DNA of 64,000 nt from Nitrososphaeraceae archaeon (GTDB taxonomy: Archaea; Thermoproteota; Nitrososphaeria; Nitrososphaerales; Nitrososphaeraceae), in contig DATGZA010000014.1 in assembly GCA_035297365.1 (NCBI GenBank), positions 96,001-160,000 of the forward strand. Direction: 5' to 3'. A model generated the notes under the pieces. That model did no database searches. It worked only from the letters and a program-made list of their open reading frames with translations, and had not been told where the DNA came from. Within the stretch, counting starts at the first letter, position 1. Every line of letters starts with the position of its first letter. This document shows positions 10,222 to 20,629 of this stretch, piece by piece. The translations under genes and the position numbers were made by a program.

Positions 10222-11258
10222 TGAAAATGATTTTTAATGATTCAGGTGAAAAACTAGGTTTAGGAATAGAAAGTACTGCTCACACTTTCGGTTGTTCGGT
10301 AATAAAATTTAAGGAACCACAAAAAAAAGGCGAGATTCTTTCTGAGGAAAGGGGTATATATAAAGCACCATCCGGCTCGGGCATTCATCCGAGAGAAGCC
10401 TCAAGACATCACATGAACAAGGCACCAGAAATCTTGAGAAATTGTTTGAAAGAAGCAAAAGTTACTCCTAAAGAACTAGATATCATTTCATATTCTGCCG
10501 GTCCGGGATTGGGACCGTGCCTAAGAGTAGGAGCGGTTGTAGCAAGAACTCTTTCATCGTTTTATAATAAACCATTAATTCCAGTCAACCATGCTTTAGG
10601 ACATATTGAATTAGGAATGATGTTAACTGAATGCAAAGATCCTCTAGTGTTATTGGTTTCTGGAGGCCATACAATGATTTTAGCATTCTCAAATAAGCGA
10701 TGGAGAATTTTCGGAGAAACACTAGATATAACAATTGGACAATTATTAGATCAATTTGGCAGACACATGGGGCTTTCTTCTCCATGTGGAAACAAAATAG
10801 AGGAATTAGCATCGCATTCATCAGGAGAATACATTCAATTACCGTATTCAGTTAAAGGAAATGATGTGTCTTTTTCGGGCCTTTTGACTTCTACGAAATG
10901 CCTTATTACTGAAGGTAAAAATGAATTTGATGTATGTTTTTCCTTGCAAGAAACTGCCTTTGCTATGTTAACAGAAGTAGTTGAAAGAGCATTATCTTTT
11001 ACAGGAAAAAAACAAGTGTTAATAGTAGGAGGTGTCTCGGCAAATAAACGTCTACATGATATGTTGGAACAGTCGTCTGAAAGGCAGAAAGCAGAATTAA
11101 GATCATGTCCTTTAATATACTCAGGTGATAACGGATCACAAATTGCATGGATAGGTTTATGCGAGTATCAGACTAGAGGAAAAAAAACAGATATCAAAAA
11201 ATCTTTTGTTAACCAATCGTGGAGATTGGATTCAGTCGATGTTAATTGGAGAACCTAG
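10221..11258 (+). CDS. kae1: KEOPS t6A synthase Kae1
   Basis: LGIESTAHT, GIHPREA, GPGLGPCL, NHALGHIE, VSGGHT, DNGSQIA. Confidence 0.96.
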   Translation: MKMIFNDSGEKLGLGIESTAHTFGCSVIKFKEPQKKGEILSEERGIYKAPSGSGIHPREASRHHMNKAPEILRNCLKEAKVTPKELDIISYSAGPGLGPCLRVGAVVARTLSSFYNKPLIPVNHALGHIELGMMLTECKDPLVLLVSGGHTMILAFSNKRWRIFGETLDITIGQLLDQFGRHMGLSSPCGNKIEELASHSSGEYIQLPYSVKGNDVSFSGLLTSTKCLITEGKNEFDVCFSLQETAFAMLTEVVERALSFTGKKQVLIVGGVSANKRLHDMLEQSSERQKAELRSCPLIYSGDNGSQIAWIGLCEYQTRGKKTDIKKSFVNQSWRLDSVDVNWRT

Positions 11259-11297
11259 AAATATACACAATAAACTAAAAAACAGTTTTATAATTTT

Positions 11298-11651
11298 CTA
11301 ATATAGTTTATTAGATTTAACTTTTTCAATCTCTTTTGTCCATTTAGAATTACTGAAAACTCCGAATTTATATATCTCATTTTTTAAGGTGGTAATTACT
11401 ACCTTTTTTATGATGAATCCTTCAGCGCTGCAATCAGCAATTTGATCAAGAGGTAAATCTAAAAGTAATTCGCCCGTTTGTTTTGAAAGGGTTGCAAGGG
11501 TACCTTCAGTTTTTTCAAAAATAATTCGATGATTTGTAAGCGTAAGTATTCCGTTTTTTAGCCTATCTTCAGCACAGTCTTCTTGAAGAAGTAATTTCTC
11601 TCCTTTTCTAGGTTTTACAGAACTCACGTTTTTATTATATAGAATATGCAT
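11298..11651 (-). CDS. hypothetical protein, PH/GRAM-like fold
   Basis: GILTLTNHRIIF and C-terminal W-helix typical of PH-like domains; true start may be the GTG at ~11628. Confidence 0.65.
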   Translation of the reverse strand: MHILYNKNVSSVKPRKGEKLLLQEDCAEDRLKNGILTLTNHRIIFEKTEGTLATLSKQTGELLLDLPLDQIADCSAEGFIIKKVVITTLKNEIYKFGVFSNSKWTKEIEKVKSNKLY

Positions 11652-12275
11652 ATATTATCATTGCATCGAAAACTCATTAAGAAAGGAGCAGAAGCCGATA
11701 TTTTTTTAATAGCATGGTACGGAAGAAAGGCGATTTCAAAAATTAGAAATCCAAAGCAATATAGGAACAAATATCTTGACGAAAATATAAGAAAAAAAAG
11801 AACATTACATGAAGCCAATATGATAAGTGCAGTTAAGACCGTAGATATAAAAACTCCATCTTTGTTATTTTTGGATCCATTAAAAGCTGAAATAATAATG
11901 GAATACATAGATGGATATAATGTCAAGGATATAATGTCAAGTCAATTGGCTTTAGATATGGGAAAATATACATCCTTATTACATAATAATAACATTGTAC
12001 ACGGTGATTTAACTACTTCAAATTTTATAAGATCTGGTAACGATCTTGTAATTATAGATTTTGGATTATCTTTTTTTTCTGAGAGGATTGAAGATAGAGC
12101 GGTTGACTTTCGATTAATTAAAGAGATTTTGAGTAGTGCACATATAGAAATATTCGATCAGGCATATCAGAATTTCATAACAGGATATTCCAACAATACA
12201 AATAACAATATGAAAAAAATATTACGAGTAGTCAGTGAAATAGAGAAAAGAGGAAGATACGCAAGAATAAGTTAG
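11646..12275 (+). CDS. bud32: KEOPS kinase Bud32
   Basis: KKGAEA, HGDLTTSN, IDFGLS, EDRAVD. Confidence 0.95.
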   Translation: MHILSLHRKLIKKGAEADIFLIAWYGRKAISKIRNPKQYRNKYLDENIRKKRTLHEANMISAVKTVDIKTPSLLFLDPLKAEIIMEYIDGYNVKDIMSSQLALDMGKYTSLLHNNNIVHGDLTTSNFIRSGNDLVIIDFGLSFFSERIEDRAVDFRLIKEILSSAHIEIFDQAYQNFITGYSNNTNNNMKKILRVVSEIEKRGRYARIS

Positions 12276-12488
12276 ATAAAATAGTTAAAATTAGAATTAC
12301 TAGAAAATCAGAAATTAATAGTATCATGTTACCTAACATAGGTTGGTTTACAATTTGTTTAATGCAATATGTATTATGTTCTTGGAATCGTTATTTTTTA
12401 CATAATAAAGATTTACGAATTTATGTTAATCTGCATATATTAAATACCATTTGAAAATATTTTTATTTATAATATTTATAGATAGAAT

Positions 12489-13061
12489 ATGATTAATTCA
12501 CTGTTTTTTGTTACAAGTAATTCAAATAAATTTTTGGAAGTTGAATCAATTTTAAAAAAAAGATTAAATTCGACAAAATTGCGATTTTATAAGTATCATA
12601 TTATAGAAATACAATCTGATGATATCGAAATGATTGCTTTAGAAAAAGCTAGACATGCTTATGATATGGTTAAACAGCCAACAATAATAGAAGATGACGG
12701 ATTGTTTATTAAATCTTTAAACGGCTTTCCTGGCCAATATTCGTCATATAGTTTTGCTACAATAGGAAATAGAGGAATCATGAAACTAATGAAGGGAGAA
12801 TCTGATCGATCTGCTTTTTTTAGATCCATTTTTGTGTATAATGATGGAAGTGAAATAGAACTTTTTTCTGGGCAAATTTGTGGAAAAATCTCTACACGAC
12901 TTTGTAGGGGAGGATGGGGATTTGATCCTATTTTTATTCCCGAAAAATCAAATATGTCATTGGGCAGATTATACATTATAAACAAAAAAAACATGTTTTC
13001 GCATAGAAGATTAACTTTAGAGAAATTTATATCATGGTATAACGGAAAATATGGACAATAG
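12489..13061 (+). CDS. rdgB: RdgB/HAM1 non-canonical purine NTP pyrophosphatase
   Basis: TSNSNK, EDDGL, GFPG, GFDPIF, SHR. Confidence 0.93.
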   Translation: MINSLFFVTSNSNKFLEVESILKKRLNSTKLRFYKYHIIEIQSDDIEMIALEKARHAYDMVKQPTIIEDDGLFIKSLNGFPGQYSSYSFATIGNRGIMKLMKGESDRSAFFRSIFVYNDGSEIELFSGQICGKISTRLCRGGWGFDPIFIPEKSNMSLGRLYIINKKNMFSHRRLTLEKFISWYNGKYGQ

Positions 13062-13345
13062 AGTATAAAATATTTTGAATTTATCATTTTATCATTACAT
13101 TAAATTATTTGCTTACAGAACATTTTGACTTCAAACTTTATTATCTTGAATTGATTTTACAATGTAATGTAAATTTACAAGGAAATTTTTATAAGAAATC
13201 ATAAAGTCATTTGTATAATTTATTTCTTTTATGCAAAAAGAATAATAGTTATAAAAGTAACTTTATTTTTAATATTTAATGAAGATATTGTTCTATTTAA
13301 TAGTATCACATCTGTTATATTAATTATAAACTTTATAAGTTAAGG

Positions 13346-13639
13346 ATGAAAAACCGCAGCCGATACGAGGTTATTGCAGCTATATTGTCATCATGTATAA
13401 AGATGGAAACTCGAACAAAAATTATGTACAAAGCTATGCTTAGTAACGATCAATGTAAGCTATATATTCAATTTTTATTAAAATGTGGTTTAATTAACGA
13501 GGTTTTAAACGGTGAGAAAAGATATTATACTATTACTGAAAGCGGGAATAAATTTCTGGTTAATTTTGAAAAATTGAAAGAAATGCTCCCAAGCATCATG
13601 GAGGGAGAGATAGAAGAACATTATAATTTAACGATCTAA
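13346..13639 (+). CDS. winged-helix transcription regulator (archaeal HTH_45-like)
   Basis: RSRYEVIAAIL, TKIMYKAMLS, YTITESG. Confidence 0.85.
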   Translation: MKNRSRYEVIAAILSSCIKMETRTKIMYKAMLSNDQCKLYIQFLLKCGLINEVLNGEKRYYTITESGNKFLVNFEKLKEMLPSIMEGEIEEHYNLTI

Positions 13640-13714
13640 GATAAATTTTATTATATTTTGAAAATTAAGTATAGAATGTATTCCACATATTTAAAAACAC
13701 TAATTCATATATTT

Positions 13715-14340
13715 TACCACATATTTTGCAAAATCCAGTTTGAATCTTGTAGTTCTGTGGTAACACAATTAGCGTCTTTCAGATCATCAAACATAGAATG
13801 ATAAAAACAAGGAAGTATTTTGGATTTTACTTGCTTTGAGCATCTTCTGCAACAAATAATTCTTCTTATCCTACTGGAAAATATTCCATTTTTGAGGGAA
13901 TGTTTTTTGTATCAAGAAACTTTCCAGTGGTTTAAGAAAGTGGTTTGTTCTATTTACAAAAGGTACAAATTACAAAATCTTTCTATGGGTACCCATTTCA
14001 GGTACTCGAAAAACTCTTGCTGTTAAATTTATTATATTGTCGAAATAACTGTTTCCTATATATTAATAGACTACTAAAAACAATTGTTCTTGTGGGACAT
14101 CCTGTAACCGCTACAACAGATCTTTGTTTCTTTCTTCTGACTAATAAGTGTGTACAAATATGGATTCGTCCTGTATAACGATATTAATGCAGTCTGATTT
14201 TAAACTAATGATGTAATTTACTCTTTTTTGAACTTCCTTTTGTTCTTTACTTAGAAAGCATTGGTAAATCATTACGTAGTTTTTTTGAAGTAAAACCTTA
14301 CTTATGTAATAATCCAGATATCTATACCTAATCAGGATAT
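13715..14340 (-). pseudogene. fossil IS630-family transposase (C-terminal DDE part)
   Basis: Fragments in shifting frames: IQDESIF, VTGCPTRTIVFSSLLIYRKQLFRQYNKFN, MEYFPVG, YHRTTRFKLDFAKY; many stops. Confidence 0.65.
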
Positions 14341-14349
14341 TTATAATAT

Positions 14350-15012
14350 TTTTTGTCAAGTAATTTAAAGTTAATTTTCGCTTTCTAAGTCATCTTTTTT
14401 AATCTTTTTGGTATCATTAGATATTAAAAAGTTCTATTCTAATACGTTTATACAATAGAATACATTCATTCTGAATATAATGATAGGATTCATCAAAATT
14501 CTCGTTTCTATCATTGAGATATTGACTGACTCATTTCATCAAACTTTTATGGAATATGAAATAATAAACAATTATTGAATTCAATCAAATTACATGCTCA
14601 ATAATACAATGTGTCAACGCCAACATCTATAATATCTTGTCGATAGTTTGATAGAAGGGACATGACAAAATTTTCCGCATCAACGATTTTTCCCCTTATA
14701 TTCAAAGGACTTTCTTATTGAATGGCTTCATATTAAACCAAAACACAACCAATAATGATCAACAATAAATATATCTCTTAAGAGATTCTTCTTTTTTCAA
14801 TGGTGTGAGGCGATACAAATCGCTCTCAATTTTCCTACATGATCTCTTTTTCATTTCTAAAGGTTGTTAAAGCTTTGATGGTATTGCTTAAACTTAGGCA
14901 AGGGCAAGTATAATTATACATTTCTTAACTGTGTACGTTGTATTCTAAATTCAATGACTATAGATAAATAGCATGACCACATCTTAAAACGATTTGGTCA
15001 AATTAACAGAAC
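14350..15012 (-). mobile_element. fossil IS6-family element
   Basis: Fragments LSLSNTIKAL, AENFVMSLLSNY, KSLMK*VSQYLNDRNENFDESYHYIQNEC. TIR-like GTTCTGTTAA at 15003-15012 (minus strand). Lower boundary approximate. Confidence 0.6.
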
Positions 15013-15100
15013 TTTTCTAAGAATACGAATATTGTACAAAACTTGTTTCATCGTAAATAGAGTTCATATTAGGGAACGAGAATCATATGTTTTGTTATTA

Positions 15101-15346
15101 ATGAATTATAGTGGAAGAGGATATGGTAGAGGCGGAGACAACAGAAGGACATTTGGCTCAAGTCCAAAACCAGTCGAAATGGGAAAAGAATACGAAGTGG
15201 AAATATCAGAAATAAGTAATAAGGGAGATGGAATTGCCAGAATACAAGGATTTGTAATCTTTGTTGTTGGAGGAAAAGTTGGGCAGAATGTGAAGATAAG
15301 AATCACCAGTATCGGAGAAAGATTCGCAAAAGCAGAAGTTGTATGA
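15101..15346 (+). CDS. single-TRAM-domain RNA-binding protein
   Basis: PKPVEMGKEYEVEI...GDGIARIQGFVIFV, Gly/Arg-rich N-terminus; ATG 15101 preferred. Confidence 0.92.
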   Translation: MNYSGRGYGRGGDNRRTFGSSPKPVEMGKEYEVEISEISNKGDGIARIQGFVIFVVGGKVGQNVKIRITSIGERFAKAEVV

Positions 15347-15407
15347 ACGCAAATCATTTTATATAAAACTTACTGTCGCTACAACAAGTTTTTAGAAAAT
15401 AAACAGA

Positions 15408-15569
15408 TCATTTTTTACTTGACCTGTAATATTTTTTATCTGGTTTAAATGCCTTACAAGTACAATTGCCAATAAGACACTTCATTTTGTCCTTTGAAGT
15501 CCTATCATGATCAACTTTTTGGTGTTCACATCTCAAACACTTAACATATAAGTCCAACTCATTGTCCAA
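15408..15569 (-). CDS. small Cys/His-rich putative zinc-binding protein (53 aa)
   Basis: Manual ORF (TTG start) MDNELDLYVKCLRCEHQKVDHDRTSKDKMKCLIGNCTCKAFKPDKKYYRSSKK. Confidence 0.7.
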   Translation of the reverse strand: MDNELDLYVKCLRCEHQKVDHDRTSKDKMKCLIGNCTCKAFKPDKKYYRSSKK

Positions 15570-16117
15570 ACGGATTTACCATATTATTTAGCAGAATTAA
15601 CGCATATAAATTCTATATTATGAAGAGATAATAAACGTTCAGGCGCGACACTATAATCGAATAAACAGAAAATTTAACAATAAATACGATAAAAATTTGA
15701 TAATAATTCGACTGGTGGGTATTAAAAAACTATATTAAGAAACAAAATATTTAATTCAGTAAGATATTAAAAAAATGCTGATCTTATACCTTATGGCTAG
15801 CAAAATCGCCGATAAATTGTTAGAATATACTCTTGTAGTTGGTATTTTAAATCTGTAATTTATGGAAAATACTAGTGCTTTTGACACGAAGAAATTCAAA
15901 AATTTAAGCATTAATTATAGTATGGAGCATTATTATCTTGTAAAGGCATAATTTTTACAATGTCTAGGAGAAACTGGTCGGTGTATAATGATTGCATAGA
16001 ACGTAGACACGACTTGATCCATGCTTCTGTGCTAAACATGATGAGTTTATCTTTACTAGGTTTGTTCAAACTAATTTAAATAATTCTCTAAAATGGCGGA
16101 TATCAAATCATCTACAT

Positions 16118-16762
16118 TCAGTGGTTATTATTATTGAATTTAAATTCATCTACTATCTGAATAAGATTATTAATTGATTCAAATCTACCTATTTCATTAA
16201 GAGAATGAGCATCGCTCCCCAAATGAAATTTCACGCCCTTTTTTAAAAATATTCTTATCCATTTCTCAGGAGGTCTACGATATTTTGCATTTAACTCTAC
16301 AATTTTGTTGTTTTCGTTTATGAGCTTGCCTATCTCTTCTATTTCATGATCGTATATTTCAAAATAATTTTCTGGAGCCAAATGTCCTATTACATCAACA
16401 TGCTCATTTTTAATAGTTTTTTTGAGGAGATCTAACCATTTATTTTTATCTTGAAATGTTGTATGAAAACTTGCAATAATAAAAAATTTTCTTGCAATAT
16501 TTTCATTGCAGTCTATATTTCCATCAGATAAAATTTTTGCCTCAAATCCGATTATTATTTCAATTTTATTTTTTTTTTTATATTGTTCTATGTCTTTAAT
16601 GTAATCATTAATCCATTCAGAGGACCTTCTTACATGTTCTGTAAATGCAATACATTCTAATCCTATTTTCTCCGCCTCTTCAATAGCATTTTTTATTGTT
16701 AAATTAAGATCTGAGTGATCATTATAATTTGCATGGATATGAAAATCTTGTCTAATGTTCAT
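16118..16762 (-). CDS. PHP-domain phosphoesterase
   Basis: DFHIH, FTEH, GH, GSDAH. Confidence 0.88.
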   Translation of the reverse strand: MNIRQDFHIHANYNDHSDLNLTIKNAIEEAEKIGLECIAFTEHVRRSSEWINDYIKDIEQYKKKNKIEIIIGFEAKILSDGNIDCNENIARKFFIIASFHTTFQDKNKWLDLLKKTIKNEHVDVIGHLAPENYFEIYDHEIEEIGKLINENNKIVELNAKYRRPPEKWIRIFLKKGVKFHLGSDAHSLNEIGRFESINNLIQIVDEFKFNNNNH

Positions 16763-16907
16763 ACAAACAATTAAATAATTATTTTATAAAAATCTATAAT
16801 ATAACAAAAATCCTAAAATTTTTTATGTAAATATTCGATTGATTACAAATATGCAACATATATAATTAAACGAACATGTAATTTAATTATTACGTATCAA
16901 TTTAAAT

Positions 16908-17846
16908 TTGGTGATGATAAATTTTAATGTGCTGGTTCCAGGTGCTGGTGGGCCTGCAGCAATAAATACAATAAAATCTTTAAGATTATCTAAATTTGAT
17001 GGACAGATAGTCTCAACAGACTCCGATCCACTTTCAGCTGGTTTTTTCCTTAGTGATTCATATTATGTTGTTCCTATTGTAAGCGACAAATCATTTATAG
17101 ATGTATTGATAAAAATTATTAAAAAAAATAATATTAAAGTTTTGATGCCTTCATCAGGATATGATATCTATCAATATAGTATTCATAATCAGTTATTATC
17201 TGAAATGGGTGTGAAAGCAGTAGTAAGCAGGAAAGAAGTTTTAGATGTCTGCCAAGATAAATTATTATCATTTAAAAAACTCTCAAATAGATTCCCATTT
17301 GCTTTTTCAACACTTTACTTTGAGCAAATTGATAAATTTCCTGTTATAGCTAAACCTCGCTTTGGAAAGGGTAGTAAAGATATTATCAAAATCGAAGATC
17401 TCACTGATTTAAAATATGTAACTACAAAATATAACAATATGATATTTCAAGAATATCTTCCGGGAGTTGAATATTCAGTTGACGTTCTTTCGGATCTAAA
17501 TGAAAATCCTCTTATTGCCATTCCAAGAATACGGATTCAAACAAAAGCAGGAATCTCTGTCAAAGGTAAAATCAACAGAAATCAATCTATTGAGAATTTG
17601 TGTATGGATTTGGCAAAACATCTTGGAATTAAAGGTCCGTGTGTTATACAATTAAAACAATCTGAATCCGGAGAATTGAAAATAATTGAAATTAATCCCA
17701 GATTTGGTGGAGGTACTTTTTTTTCTACACTTGCTGGAATTAATTTTCCTGCTTTAATTTTAGATATGGTTTGTAATAAAGAAATAGTACTTCCAGAGGT
17801 CTCAGAAATTACGATTCTGAGATACTATGAAGAAGTAGTAATCTAG
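16908..17846 (+). CDS. ATP-grasp domain protein
   Basis: KPRFGKGS, QEYLPGVEYSVD, IEINPRFGGG. Confidence 0.88.
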   Translation: MVMINFNVLVPGAGGPAAINTIKSLRLSKFDGQIVSTDSDPLSAGFFLSDSYYVVPIVSDKSFIDVLIKIIKKNNIKVLMPSSGYDIYQYSIHNQLLSEMGVKAVVSRKEVLDVCQDKLLSFKKLSNRFPFAFSTLYFEQIDKFPVIAKPRFGKGSKDIIKIEDLTDLKYVTTKYNNMIFQEYLPGVEYSVDVLSDLNENPLIAIPRIRIQTKAGISVKGKINRNQSIENLCMDLAKHLGIKGPCVIQLKQSESGELKIIEINPRFGGGTFFSTLAGINFPALILDMVCNKEIVLPEVSEITILRYYEEVVI

Positions 17847-17859
17847 ATAACATAATTTC

Positions 17860-18700
17860 GCTAATCTATTAATCTCGTTACATATCTTGCAGTATTTCCA
17901 TGATATCATATATCTCTGTAATTACTATGAATGAATATTCAAATCATCAAACGAAATATGACGACAACAAAGTATTTGGTGCTTGCCTTGACTCCAGCAA
18001 TTCTCTAGGTTATTAAAACCTGGTGAACTAACAAGAAAGTATTCTATTCTGATATTATATTTAATTATTTTATCTCAAAATGGTTTCCAGTGATTTTGGA
18101 ACAATGACGAATTGCCCTATCAACAAACATGGTAAATTTACCTGATCTTTTTTTTACATGGTTTAGACAATCAACAATTGTAATAATGGTGAACTTATTA
18201 TATTGTCCAATTAGATGAATATCCCTTAAGAAGTAGACACCCAAACAAAGTTGTTCTTTTGCATGAATCTGCAACTGTTACAGAAGGTATTTAATTGTTA
18301 GAAATACACTTCTTCATTCTTGTCAAATAGTGCTATACAAAGATAGATGACATCGTACTGCCGTTTTCTTGTAAATCAGATTGATTACTTGTTTGAATCG
18401 GATCCTCTCTTATTGTCTTCTAATTCCCGTCATATTTTTAACATTGTAGCCTTTACATCCTTATATCTACCAATTCATGTTTTATCTTTTACTCCATCTA
18501 GTCCTCTTTATGAAATTTATATAATGATTTATCCGTCCACGAACTCGATTTGTTTAATCGATTTTCTGTAACTGAGATGCTTCTAGCTTGTCTACTTCAA
18601 AACTTGTTACATACAGCTTACTTTCTTCTATACTTGTATCTTCTCTATAATTATTATCTAGTATAACTCTAATTGAGACAATAAAACACACCGTAAATTA
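17860..18700 (-). pseudogene. fossil IS630-family transposase
   Basis: Fragments GLDGVKDKT*IGR, KQVINLIYKKT, QYNKF...MFVDRAIRHCSK, SPGFNNLENCWSQGK; many stops and frameshifts. Confidence 0.65.
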
Positions 18701-18972
18701 GGAAACTAAATTAGTTACGCTAAAAACTAGATACTAGTATGATTCTTTATGTTAACTATTGCTTTATTCCGGGACTCAGAAATCGATAAGATGAACTAAA
18801 TTTTTGACACGAACAAATTAACAAAAATTTTTTCTTATATAAAAATGGATTTATCTTTTCAAAATTAATGAAAAACATAGTTGCGAAACAAAACAATAAT
18901 TATTATAGTTTATTGATCTCAGAATATCAATAAATCAAACAGATTTTTATAGAGTTTGTAAGAATATGTATT

Positions 18973-20349
18973 CTACCTCCAGGTTTTATTTTTTATTGTG
19001 ATTGCAGCATAAATTAACAGCCAAGTAAATAGGAAAGTCGATAATAAATTCATAAATGGTCTGTAAAACCATCTTGAATAACCCGGCCTTCTCAATCTAA
19101 CGTCAATACCATACATTAAACCTGCAAATGCTGCACCGGAAAGATAAAGTAAACCACTAAAATAATCTCCTGATAATGGTAACAAAATAAGTGATTTTAT
19201 AATTATATATGGTCTGAATAATCTCAACACAATAGTGACATAATAAAAAATGGCGGCAGGTAATGGTCTCTGCCAATATATTGAACCGGTAGCAAATATA
19301 CTTCTAATAAAACTCTTCCTCCATCGTATTTGTTGTTTGATTAGGGAACCTAAGGTATCTGGAACCCCGATCTCTACATTAACCTTTAAACTATATTTTA
19401 ATTTCCATAACTTTATTTTATTATCATTGAATTCAATAATTGTCTTATTTCTCTTCATATCCCTATCCAAATCTTTCACCTTTTCAAGGACAAATGCAGT
19501 AAGTCTTCTGTCTGTAGCAAATCTAAAATCGATCCCTAAAAAACGATCGTTAGTCCATTTATCCATATATTGTTTAACTGCTTCTCTTCTGAAAGCCGAT
19601 AATGCACCAGAACAACAAGTAAGAGATGAAAAGGAACTTTCCATTCCTTTTAGGATTCTGTATTGACCATCAAACCAAACATCTTGGATTTTTTCTAGTA
19701 AATTGCCTTTTTCCGCATTCCGAACTCTTCCATGCGCTGTAATAGCTCCAATTTCCTTATCTGATAGAAATATTTTAACTGCATTTGTAATAGCATCTGT
19801 TGCCATATTGCAATCACTGTCCATAAAAAAATAAAACTCGCCTTGGGCTATTTTTATTGCTTCTTTTATAGCGTGTTTTTTGCCTAAATTTACTGGCAAG
19901 TGTATTATAACTAAATTTGGATTACTTTTTTTTATCTGCTCTAGAATAATTGGTGTTTTGTCTGTACTTGCATCATTAACTACGATGATTTCTTTATATC
20001 CATATGACGAATTTATACAAGATTTTATACATCTTTCTATATTTCCTTCTTCATTTTTAACTGGAATAACAATTGATACTAACGGGTTCTCCATTGGGGG
20101 ATTGTCTTTCTTAATTTCATTAAAGGGATCTCTATATCTCAAGTATGACAAAGAAAATAGGGTAAATAAAATAAATGTTGTAATAACACTATAAAATCCA
20201 ACTGTAAAATCTATAATAAAAATCATGAAGTATATTTTTATTATCAAAATAATCGCTATAGCAGCAAGTATAAAATATCTCCATACCCATCTCCTGTTAC
20301 TCATTTCATGAGATTTGATTGACCCTTGTTCGATAATCATTTTTATCAC
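18973..20349 (-). CDS. GT2 processive glycosyltransferase (hyaluronan synthase/NodC-like)
   Basis: DASTD, GKK, DSD, CCSG, TDRRLT, QQIRW; flanking TM helices. Confidence 0.88.
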   Translation of the reverse strand: MIKMIIEQGSIKSHEMSNRRWVWRYFILAAIAIILIIKIYFMIFIIDFTVGFYSVITTFILFTLFSLSYLRYRDPFNEIKKDNPPMENPLVSIVIPVKNEEGNIERCIKSCINSSYGYKEIIVVNDASTDKTPIILEQIKKSNPNLVIIHLPVNLGKKHAIKEAIKIAQGEFYFFMDSDCNMATDAITNAVKIFLSDKEIGAITAHGRVRNAEKGNLLEKIQDVWFDGQYRILKGMESSFSSLTCCSGALSAFRREAVKQYMDKWTNDRFLGIDFRFATDRRLTAFVLEKVKDLDRDMKRNKTIIEFNDNKIKLWKLKYSLKVNVEIGVPDTLGSLIKQQIRWRKSFIRSIFATGSIYWQRPLPAAIFYYVTIVLRLFRPYIIIKSLILLPLSGDYFSGLLYLSGAAFAGLMYGIDVRLRRPGYSRWFYRPFMNLLSTFLFTWLLIYAAITIKNKTWR

Positions 20350-20629
20350 AATTTCTCCTTTTATGTTAGTTTACATTTTTTATACTATTTTTATTTCAAA
20401 TATGAAATTCGATATTAAATATAATAGTAGATTATATTTAATCTGATTATCATAAAAATTTATTGATGTTAATTTTATTAAAATAAATAATGTGAATTTA
20501 TAATGATTATTAAAGAAAGCATATATACTTAATATTATTTATTTATATTAATATGAATTTATTGTTCATAAACCGTTATCATCATAACATAGAAATTTTT
20601 ACATATTATAATCAATCGATGGAATCAGG

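Noticed and set aside
13820-14359. ORFs 13820-14026, 13945-14178 and 14141-14359
   Set aside because: Shadows or fragments of the IS630 fossil.
18065-18571. ORFs 18065-18274 and 18347-18571
   Set aside because: A fragment and a shadow of the IS630 fossil.
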